Under the pieces are notes generated by a model. That model was not told where the DNA came from. It ran no database searches and worked only from the letters and a program-made list of their open reading frames with translations. DNA of 64,000 nucleotides, from contig JBGAOA010000004.1 of NCBI GenBank assembly GCA_044222065.1, positions 18,448 to 82,447 of the forward strand. Reading direction: 5' to 3'. Positions within the stretch are counted from its first letter, which is position 1. Every line of letters begins with the position of its first letter. The stretch is from Candidatus Eiseniibacteriota bacterium. GTDB taxonomy: Bacteria > Eisenbacteria > RBG-16-71-46. Below, piece by piece: positions 57,003-64,000 of the stretch. The position numbers were made by a program, and so were the translations under genes.

Positions 57003-57917
57003 TCAGCCGACCGTGGCCTTCTGCCCCGTCTGCCATTCGCGGTAGATCGCTTCGACGTCGTTCACGAACGACGTGTGGCGCGGCACCCAGCCGAGTTCGC
57101 GGCGCGCCTTGCCCGCGTTCGGTCGCTGGCTCACGAGCAGCGCTTCGCCGTAGTGGCCGAGCGCAGCGACGATTTCCTCGCGCGGCCACGGCTTCGCCGT
57201 CGCGCCGGTGACGCGCGCGATCGCGGCCGCGATGTCCTTCACCGTGTGCGCCGAATCGTCCGACAGGATGTAGCGCTCGCCGCCCTTGCCGTGTTCGAGC
57301 GCGAGCGCGTAGCCCTCGGCGACGTCCTCGACGTGCACCATGCCCCACACCTGCGAGCCATCGCCCGCGTACGTCACGGTGCCGTGCTGCTTCGCCTCGG
57401 CGAACATCGCGCCGAGGATGCCGCGCGATCCGCCGTACACGATGGACGGGCGCAGCACGACGGTCGAGACCTCGAACTCGGCGAGGTCGAGCGCCACGTC
57501 TTCGTGGGCCGCGCGCCACTTCACGAGTTCGATCGGCTGGAGCGCCGCGGTCTCGTCCACCGGCGCGCCGTGCGTGTCGCCGTGCACCCACAGTCCGCTC
57601 GTGTAGAGCAGCCGGCGCACGCGGCCGTCCTGCGCGCCCGCGCGGATCGTCTCGAGCGCGAGCTGGTCGGCGCCGGGCGTGTCGCCGCCGTCCACCGCGG
57701 CGTGCACGACCGCGTCGCAGTTCTTGAGGTCGCCGAGCACGATGTCGGAAGAGTGAAGGTCGCCGACGAAGGCGCGCGCGCCGAGTGCGCGCACGATCGC
57801 CGCGCCCTCTTCGGTGCGCGTCAGGCCGTGGACTTCGTGTCCGGCCCGGACGAGGCGCGCGGTGATCGCCGCGCCGAGATAGCCGGTCGCTCCGGTGATG
57901 AAGATGCGCTGAGGCAT
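57003..57917 (-). CDS. NAD(P)-dependent epimerase/dehydratase family (SDR) protein
   Basis: N-terminal Rossmann motif IFITGATGYLG. 304 aa. Confidence 0.85.
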   Translation of the reverse strand: MPQRIFITGATGYLGAAITARLVRAGHEVHGLTRTEEGAAIVRALGARAFVGDLHSSDIVLGDLKNCDAVVHAAVDGGDTPGADQLALETIRAGAQDGRVRRLLYTSGLWVHGDTHGAPVDETAALQPIELVKWRAAHEDVALDLAEFEVSTVVLRPSIVYGGSRGILGAMFAEAKQHGTVTYAGDGSQVWGMVHVEDVAEGYALALEHGKGGERYILSDDSAHTVKDIAAAIARVTGATAKPWPREEIVAALGHYGEALLVSQRPNAGKARRELGWVPRHTSFVNDVEAIYREWQTGQKATVG

Positions 57918-58033
57918 TCGGGCTCTCCGTCGCGAGGGGAGGTGGCGAGCGAGTGGTCGCGGCCCTCGTTCGCGGGATTAGATAGCACGGCGGCGCGCGG
58001 GGTGCGAACCGCGCCGCGCCGGCGTGCGGGGGC

Positions 58034-58450
58034 TCAGGCGCGGCGCGGGCGCAGGGGGGCGCGTTCGCTCGCCGAGGCGGCGCCGGCGAGCCATGCGTCC
58101 GCCTCGGCGCGGTCGCGGAACACGCGGACGGACCGGAACTGGGACTCGGCGAACACCGCGAACATGCGCACGAGCCCGAACATCGCGTTGCGGGTCGCGA
58201 CGATCGCGCAGTGCCGGAGCGGCGTCTTCGGCTTGAGCCGCTGGATCAAGCCGACGACTTCGTGCAATTCGGTGATCTTGGGGAGCGTTCCGAGCTCGCT
58301 CATGTCGAGCAGCACGTCGGGCTCGCGCGGCAGGGCCGGGTCGCGCTCGAGCGACTCGAAGTGACCGACGACGTCGGCGAACGTGCAGTCGCCGAAGCAG
58401 CGGGTGCGGATGAGGGCGCGCGAGGCGTCGATCTCGTAGGCGACGGGCAC
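58034..58450 (-). CDS. hypothetical protein
   Basis: 138-aa ORF with high GC3 and a non-junk composition (MPVAYEIDASRALIRTRCFGDCTF...). No family recognised. Confidence 0.55.
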   Translation of the reverse strand: MPVAYEIDASRALIRTRCFGDCTFADVVGHFESLERDPALPREPDVLLDMSELGTLPKITELHEVVGLIQRLKPKTPLRHCAIVATRNAMFGLVRMFAVFAESQFRSVRVFRDRAEADAWLAGAASASERAPLRPRRA

Positions 58451-58477
58451 GGAGGTCTTTCGGCGCGGAGGGCCGGG

Positions 58478-58843
58478 TCAGGCCCCGCGATACGTACAGC
58501 GCGCGGTGCAGGTCTCGTGGACGGTGATCTCGGAGAGCCGCGGGAGCATCGGCGCGAGCCGGCGCCACAGCCACACGCACAAGATCTCGGACGTCGGGTT
58601 CTCGAGGCCCGCGACGTCGTTGAGCGTGCGGTGGTCGAGTTCGCCCTTGAGCAGCGGCTCGACGACGGCGGTGATGTCGCCGAAGTCCTGGAGCCAGCCG
58701 AGCGCCGGGTCGATCTCGCCCGCGATGCACACTTCGACGCGGTACGAGTGGCCGTGGAGCCGCGCGCACTTGTGCTCGGGCGGCACCATCGGCAGCCGGT
58801 GCGCCGCTTCGAAGCGGTATTCCTTGCGGAGTTCGACGTGCAT
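58478..58843 (-). CDS. queD: 6-carboxy-5,6,7,8-tetrahydropterin synthase
   Basis: ATG at 58843. Sequence includes FEAAHRLP...CARLHGHSY and HETCTA. Confidence 0.9.
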   Translation of the reverse strand: MHVELRKEYRFEAAHRLPMVPPEHKCARLHGHSYRVEVCIAGEIDPALGWLQDFGDITAVVEPLLKGELDHRTLNDVAGLENPTSEILCVWLWRRLAPMLPRLSEITVHETCTARCTYRGA

Positions 58844-58899
58844 GTCCGGTTCGTTGGAGGTGTCGTTCGCGGCGCGGCGACGCGCGTGCCGCCGCGTCG

Positions 58900-59595
58900 T
58901 CAGGGCGCCGCCGCGCGGGCGTAGCGCGTGGGATCCGAGACGCCGGCCTCGCGGAAGCCCTTCTTCCGGAGCAGGCAGGAGTCGCAGTGGCCGCAGGCGC
59001 CGCCGTCCGCGGCGGGATCGTAGCACGAGTGCGTGAGCGCGTAGTCCACGCCGAGCGAGGTTCCGAGCCGGATGATGCCGGCCTTGTCGAGCGTCATGAG
59101 CGGCGTGTGGACCGTGAAGCGCGCGCCGCCGTCGCCCGCGCGCGTCGCGAGGTTCGCGAGCGATTCGAACGCGCGCACGAACTCGGGACGGCAGTCGGGA
59201 TAGCCCGAGTAGTCCACGGCGTTCATGCCGGCGACGAGGTCGCTCGCGCCGAGCGTCTCGGCGAGGCCGAGCGCGATCGCGAGGAAGACCGTGTTGCGCG
59301 CCGGCACGTACGTGACCGGGATGCCGCGTCCCATCGCGGCCTCGTCGCGGTCCTTCGGCACCTCGATCGCGTCGGTGAGCGCCGAGCCGCCGATCGCGCG
59401 CAGGTCCACGCGCACGCAGCGGTGGCGCGCGGCGCCGAGTGAGTCCGCGACGCGCTCGGCGGCGGCGAGCTCGTGCGCGTGCCGCTGGCCGTAGTCGAAC
59501 GCGAGCGTGTGGCACTCGAAGCCGCGGCCGCGCGCCCACGCGAGGCACGTCGCGGAATCGAGCCCGCCCGAAAGCAGAACGACGGCGCGGTTCAC
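58900..59595 (-). CDS. queC: 7-cyano-7-deazaguanine synthase
   Basis: GTG at 59595 overlapping the queE stop. Motifs [16 protein letters not shown] and the C-terminal Zn cluster CYDP...CGHCDSC. Confidence 0.92.
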   Translation of the reverse strand: MNRAVVLLSGGLDSATCLAWARGRGFECHTLAFDYGQRHAHELAAAERVADSLGAARHRCVRVDLRAIGGSALTDAIEVPKDRDEAAMGRGIPVTYVPARNTVFLAIALGLAETLGASDLVAGMNAVDYSGYPDCRPEFVRAFESLANLATRAGDGGARFTVHTPLMTLDKAGIIRLGTSLGVDYALTHSCYDPAADGGACGHCDSCLLRKKGFREAGVSDPTRYARAAAP

Positions 59596-60263
59596 ACGCC
59601 CCTCCGCGCGCCCCACATCCAGACGTGCAGGCGCGGCCCGAGCCGCACGCCGAGCCGCTGGCAGGCGGGCGCGAGGACGCGCGCGCGCGCCTTGAGCGCT
59701 TCGTCGGTCAGCCCCTCGGGCATGAGCAGCGTGCGCGCCGGCGGGACCGCGTGACGCGCGAGCAGGCGCTCGGCGTCGGCGAGGTCGGGATCGTCGCCGA
59801 CCACGACCTTGAAGACGGCGTTCGGCTCGGCGATCCACGCCGCGGCGTGCCGCCAGGTCTCGTCCGCGCGCGGCGTCGCCGACGGCAGCTTGGGCGAGAC
59901 GTTCCAGTGGAGCCGCGCGTGCGAGAGCGGCGGCGGCAGCACGCCGCTCGTCTCGACTTCGACGCGCGGCCAGCGTTCGAGTGCGGCGGCGAGCAGCGCG
60001 CCGATGCCGGCGTGTTCGAGCGGCTCGCCACCCGTCACGACGACGAGCGGTGCGCGGCCGAGCGCTTCGGCGCGCGCGAACGCCGCGTCGAGTCCGAGCG
60101 CTTCGCCGCCCGCGGCGTCCCACGTGTAGCGCGAGTCGCACCACCGGCAGCCGACCGTGCAGCCCTGCACGCGCACGAAGTGCGCGGGCGTTCCGGCGGA
60201 CGGGCCCTCGCCCTGCACGGAGAAGAAGATCTCGCTGATGCGGTACGGCGGCGCCGACGTCAC
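59592..60263 (-). CDS. queE: 7-carboxy-7-deazaguanine synthase (radical SAM)
   Basis: GTG at 60263 with a GTGA overlap with the upstream gene. Motifs [10 protein letters not shown] and [11 protein letters not shown]. Confidence 0.9.
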   Translation of the reverse strand: MTSAPPYRISEIFFSVQGEGPSAGTPAHFVRVQGCTVGCRWCDSRYTWDAAGGEALGLDAAFARAEALGRAPLVVVTGGEPLEHAGIGALLAAALERWPRVEVETSGVLPPPLSHARLHWNVSPKLPSATPRADETWRHAAAWIAEPNAVFKVVVGDDPDLADAERLLARHAVPPARTLLMPEGLTDEALKARARVLAPACQRLGVRLGPRLHVWMWGARRGV

Positions 60264-61033
60264 GGAGCGTCGAACTCTCCGGGCCGGAATTCGCGCACGG
60301 TTTCGATCGCGTTCGTGAACACGTTCACGCGGTCGCGCTTGTGGGCGGTCGGGAACCACAGCCCGTCGTGCTCTTCCCAGCCTTCCCACGTGTACGCGAC
60401 GGGCGGCGGCGAATCGCCCTGCAGCACCATGCGCCAGCCTTGGACGCGGTGCGTCTTGCGATCCACGTCCACCCAGTAGTGGTCGCCCGGCGTCTCGCCG
60501 ACCTGCTCGAAGCTCAGCGCGAGCACGTCACAGCGGCCGCTCGAGTCGCGGCCCGCGCTCTCGAGCGTCACGCCCGGGTCGCGCAGCTTGTACGGCATGA
60601 GCATCCAGTACGTGTCGTTGATCCACAGCGAGGTCGCGCGCGCGATCAGCTTCTGGAGCGAGTCGCCCTCGATCGCGACGCCGTTCATCCACGCCTTGCC
60701 CTGTTTCGTGTTCAGGTTGTGGAGGATCACGAACGCGTCGCCCGCGCGCGTCTTGCCCTCGACGCGGTGCCAGCCCGTGTGCTTGTTCCACGCGTGGCGG
60801 CGCGAGCTGCGCACGGTGTCGCCGACCGACGAGCCGAACGACCAGCGCAGTCCGGGCAGCGCGTCCCAGCGCTCGCGCCCGCCGAGCGAACGCATCACGG
60901 CGTCGGCGAGCTTCACGGCCGCCGGGTCCGAGGGCTTCGCCGCCGCGCGCGACGCCGCGGGCGCGAAGCCGAGGCAGAGAACGAGCGTCGCGAGGGCGAG
61001 CGCGGCGCCGGAGCGAGTCGGTCGCCGGGTCAT
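60260..61033 (-). CDS. secreted hypothetical protein, translationally coupled to queE
   Basis: ATG at 61033 inside ORF 60260..61543. Signal peptide [24 protein letters not shown]. No family recognised. Confidence 0.7.
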   Translation of the reverse strand: MTRRPTRSGAALALATLVLCLGFAPAASRAAAKPSDPAAVKLADAVMRSLGGRERWDALPGLRWSFGSSVGDTVRSSRRHAWNKHTGWHRVEGKTRAGDAFVILHNLNTKQGKAWMNGVAIEGDSLQKLIARATSLWINDTYWMLMPYKLRDPGVTLESAGRDSSGRCDVLALSFEQVGETPGDHYWVDVDRKTHRVQGWRMVLQGDSPPPVAYTWEGWEEHDGLWFPTAHKRDRVNVFTNAIETVREFRPGEFDAP

Positions 61034-61040
61034 GCGCGCC

Positions 61041-61217
61041 TCAGTGCCCGCCGCCGGGCGGGCGAAGGTCGAATTCCTTGTGGCAGTTGAAGCACTTCCA
61101 GTGGAACGTCGGGGCGCCGGCCGGCCACGACACCCAGTCGTTGCGGCCGCAGCCGGGGCACGAGATGCGCGTGCGCGGAGCGGCGCCGGCGTTCGCGGGC
61201 GAGGTCGATTCGGACAT
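61041..61217 (-). CDS. 58-aa zinc-ribbon protein (CxxC...CxxC)
   Basis: Not in the ORF track. ATG at 61217 after GGAG plus 7 nt. Sequence: MSESTSPANAGAAPRTRISCPGCGRNDWVSWPAGAPTFHWKCFNCHKEFDLRPPGGGH. GC3 is near-uniform. Confidence 0.55.
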   Translation of the reverse strand: MSESTSPANAGAAPRTRISCPGCGRNDWVSWPAGAPTFHWKCFNCHKEFDLRPPGGGH

Positions 61218-61308
61218 GCGGGACTCCGGGAATTGAGGTGCGCGGAACGAACGCGGCGCAGTATAGCGGCTCGATCCCCGGGGTGCGCGGGGGTGCGAGC
61301 GCAGCGCC

Positions 61309-61656
61309 TCAGGCGCCGCCGAGGATCTCGGGCAGCCGGGTCGAGAACGCCGAGCGCGGCATCACCTCGTCGGTTCCGGCGCGGCGCGCGCGCTCGCGCA
61401 GTTCCAGGTCCACGTGCGAGTGGAACCCGATGATGCGGATCCCGCGGGTCTCGTCGTTGGCCTTGAGCACGCGCACGACTTCGAGCGGATCGCCGTCGCC
61501 GTGCAGGTCCACGAGCAGCAGGTCCGGCGGTTCGTTGCGGCACGCCGTGATCGCGCGGTTCGGCCGCAGCTCCTCGACGACGACGCCGAGCTGCGACGCG
61601 ACCGCTCCGATCCGGGACATGAAGAAGAGGTCGGGGACGAGGGCGTAGACGCGCAT
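61309..61656 (-). CDS. receiver-like (CheY-fold) single-domain protein with degenerate active-site residues
   Basis: ATG at 61656 inside ORF 61309..62253. LLLVDLHGDG resembles the phospho-acceptor strand, but the acidic pair and the conserved Lys are not evident. Confidence 0.55.
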   Translation of the reverse strand: MRVYALVPDLFFMSRIGAVASQLGVVVEELRPNRAITACRNEPPDLLLVDLHGDGDPLEVVRVLKANDETRGIRIIGFHSHVDLELRERARRAGTDEVMPRSAFSTRLPEILGGA

Positions 61657-61778
61657 GAGGGATGCCGCGAGCGGGGGTGGGCCCGAACGCGAAGGCGGGA
61701 GACTAAGAGCAGGCCTGCTCGAATGCCAGTGATTCCGGCATCTCGGACGCGTGCGCGCTCGCGCGCGGTGTCCCCTGT

Positions 61779-62980
61779 TCAGCCACGCGCGCCCTCTTCC
61801 TTGAGCGTCTCGGGTTCGATCCCGCGCACGGCCGGCAGGCGCAGCGCCGCACGAAATCCGACGAGGCTCAGGCCCCCGCACAGCGCGAACACGACGGCGG
61901 GACCGAATGCGTCCACGAGCGCCCCGCCCGCGAGCGGCAGCAGCGTCGCGACGCCGAGGAACGTGTTCATGAGGCTCACGAACGTCTGCCGCCGGTTCAC
62001 GGGAGCGAGTTCGATCACGAGGCTGCCGTACGCGACGAGCATGCCGCTGTGCGCGACGCCGCCGAAGAACGCGATGCCTTCGAGCAGCGGAATGGCGGCC
62101 GACGGCGGCAGCGCGCTCGTCGCGAACCCGAACGCCTCGGCGCCGTGGGCGAACAGCGCGACGAGGCTCGCGAGGATCGCGACGCACGCTCCGGTGAAGG
62201 TCGCGACGCGCATCACGGCGCCGTTGCCGCGCTTCGCAGAGAGTCGCGTCCACACGAGGTTCGCGAGCACGAAGCCCGCCGCACGCCTTCGCGCAGCACC
62301 GCGAGCGGATGCTCGGCCGACGGCGCGGGCGGCAGGTCGGGTTCCTGGATGCTGCCGAAGAGCGCGTAGGCGACCGACACGATGACGGCGGCGAGCGCGA
62401 ACAGCAGGCCGAAGCGCAGCGCGAAGTCCGGGAGCTTGAGGATCTCGCGCACGACGAGGCCGACGAGCGCCGTGAGCGTTCCGCCCCAGAAGAGCCGCGC
62501 CGAGAAGTACGCCCCGAGCTTGCGGCGCGGCACGGTGCGGCCGACGACCTCCATGAACGGCAGCGCGCCGACGCCGGCCCCGAAGCAGTAGACGCCGTAG
62601 CACGCGAAGAACGCGGCGAGCAGCGCGCCCGGGCGGTCGCGCAGCACCCAGATGAGCGCCGCGAACGCCACGAGCGCCGCGCCGCGCACCACGGCCGCGC
62701 GGCGATAGAGCGGCAGCACGCGGCGCTGCTTCGTGACGTACGGCGTGAGCAGGAACTGCGGGCTCAGCCAGCCGATGTCGCCGAGCGCCGTCGCGAGCCC
62801 GATCAGGGCGCTCGAACTCGTGAGCCCCGAGAGGAACACGGGGATCACGGTGCCCGCGTCCATGAAGCCCTCGCCCGACTGGTAGAGCGCGCCGTTCGCG
62901 ACGCCGAGACGGTAGTTGCGCTTCGCGATCCGCGCCGGGTCGTCGGCGTCCGCCGGGGCCGCCCCGCGCGCGCCGCTCAT
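61779..62980 (-). pseudogene. MFS transporter with a frame break near 62273-62283
   Basis: The N-terminal half (ATG 62980, six TM-like segments) lies in ORF 62213..63550. The C-terminal half (GFVLANLVWTRLS...) lies in ORF 61779..62603. Confidence 0.75.
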
Positions 62981-63675
62981 CGGCGCTTCCGCGCGAGGCC
63001 GAGGTACGTGACGCGCGTGCTGCGCGTGAGCACGGGCGCCGGCCGCCACGCGATACCGGACTGGGCGACGACGCGAGCGCCGCGGCGGCGGAGCTTCGCC
63101 GCGAGTTCGTCCGGGCGGATGAAGCGATGGAAGTCGTGCCGGCCGCGCGCCGTGCGGCGCTCGACGTACTCCCACCGCCAGACGATGCGCTCGAACGCCT
63201 CGAGCGTGGCGTTGTGCGTGAGGTAGCCGAACGAGCCGCCCGGCGCGAGTGCGCCGAGGCAGGCGTCGAGCGTGGCGTCGAGGTCGTTCACGTGTTCGAG
63301 CACGTCCACCGCGAAGACGACGTCGAAGCGAGCGCGCGCGCGGAAGGTCTCGGCGAAGCCGACGCGGTAGTCGATCGCGAGGGCGAGTTCGCGCGCGTGC
63401 GCGCGCGCGACGCGGATCGTCTCCGCCGATGGATCGAGCGCCACGACGCGCGCGCCGGCGCGCGCGAGGTCCTCGGCGAGGATGCCGCCGCCGCAGCCGA
63501 CGTCGAGCACGCGCAGGCCTTCGAGGGGCGGCAGCCGGCGCCGGAACCACGGGAAGCGGATGCGCTCGAGGCGCTGGAGACCGCTGTCGGGCCGGTACCA
63601 GTGCCCGGGGTCGTCGCGCGACAGCTCGTCGTACTTCGCGTGTTCGGGCAGGTGGCGCTGGTCGCGTTGCGGCAT
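62977..63675 (-). CDS. class I SAM-dependent methyltransferase (UbiG-like)
   Basis: Motif I VLDVGCGGGIL. DVLEHV is also present. ATGA overlap with the MFS gene. Confidence 0.82.
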   Translation of the reverse strand: MPQRDQRHLPEHAKYDELSRDDPGHWYRPDSGLQRLERIRFPWFRRRLPPLEGLRVLDVGCGGGILAEDLARAGARVVALDPSAETIRVARAHARELALAIDYRVGFAETFRARARFDVVFAVDVLEHVNDLDATLDACLGALAPGGSFGYLTHNATLEAFERIVWRWEYVERRTARGRHDFHRFIRPDELAAKLRRRGARVVAQSGIAWRPAPVLTRSTRVTYLGLARKRR

Positions 63676-63778
63676 GGGTCGCGCAGTCTATCGGGCCGCG
63701 TTGCGTGCGTCGACGCGTGGCGCAAACGAATCGCCCGGCGCCGGAAGCGTCGGCGCCGGGCGATCGATGTACGGACGA

Positions 63779-64000
63779 CTAGCGGTAGAGCGACTTCAGC
63801 TTGCCCCAGGTCGCGCGCGTCGCGGCAGTCGACGGCGGCGAATCCCACTTGCCGTTCGGATGAGCGCTGTAACCCGTCGGCGTGCAGCCGCCGACGCGAA
63901 CGCACCAGTTCCCGCTGAAGTTGGCTTCGGCGTTGCCCATCGCGGCGAACAGCGTGCCGCCCGTGAAGTGATAGCGGGCGACGAACGAGCCGTTGGGCTG
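63779..64000 (-). CDS. C-terminal 73 codons of an unidentified protein (start lies beyond the window end)
   Basis: Minus-strand frame with near-uniform GC3: ...YHFTGGTLFAAMGNAEANFSGNWCVRVGGCTPTGYSAHPNGKWDSPPSTAATRATWGKLKSLYR. TAG stop at 63781-63779. Not in the ORF track because it is truncated. Confidence 0.6.
   Translation of the reverse strand, partial: QPNGSFVARYHFTGGTLFAAMGNAEANFSGNWCVRVGGCTPTGYSAHPNGKWDSPPSTAATRATWGKLKSLYR

Noticed and set aside
61218-61308. preQ1 riboswitch or clear promoter upstream of the que cluster
   Set aside because: There is only a TATACT hexamer (61260-61265, minus strand) with no matching -35, and no preQ1-I/II-like pseudoknot sequence. This is too weak to call.

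Overview
Very GC-rich bacterial chromosomal segment (by eye about 70% GC or more, with third codon positions almost all G/C in real genes). It carries roughly 50 genes, most on the minus strand. The ORF track is dominated by antisense and off-frame shadow ORFs, so I called genes from recognisable protein motifs, GC3 periodicity, SD-like sequences and start/stop overlaps.

Contents, left to right:
- An ArgR-controlled arginine operon, argR-argC-argB-argD-argG-argH, with paired ARG boxes upstream.
- Two tandem paralogous BNR/Asp-box propeller exoproteins.
- A CPBP protease, a membrane-protein pair and fhs.
- A secreted protein and a 1233-aa double FG-GAP propeller protein.
- A chemosensory operon, cheA-cheW-mcp-cheY-cheB-cheR-cheX.
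- An ECF sigma / zf-HC2 anti-sigma pair.
- A 14-kb five-gene locus (33210-47006) encoding giant DUF11/CnaB/beta-helix surface proteins plus a ~1050-aa barrel-like protein. I cannot assign it to any described secretion or pilus pathway, and it is my top candidate for a novel system.
- A divergent GT-C (PMT/ArnT-like) glycosyltransferase and a GT1 glycosyltransferase.
- A lower-GC islet with a C39-like peptidase.
- A GT51 transglycosylase, an SDR epimerase, queD-queC-queE, an MFS transporter and a methyltransferase.

Five secreted proteins share a ~85-aa FlgD-Ig/T9SS-type C-terminal domain.

At least five genes (argC, a DUF11/CnaB gene, the GT1, the C39-like peptidase and the MFS) have broken reading frames, often at GC-dinucleotide runs. 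These are either assembly errors or real pseudogenes.

I found no rRNA, tRNA, CRISPR array, transposase or integrase.
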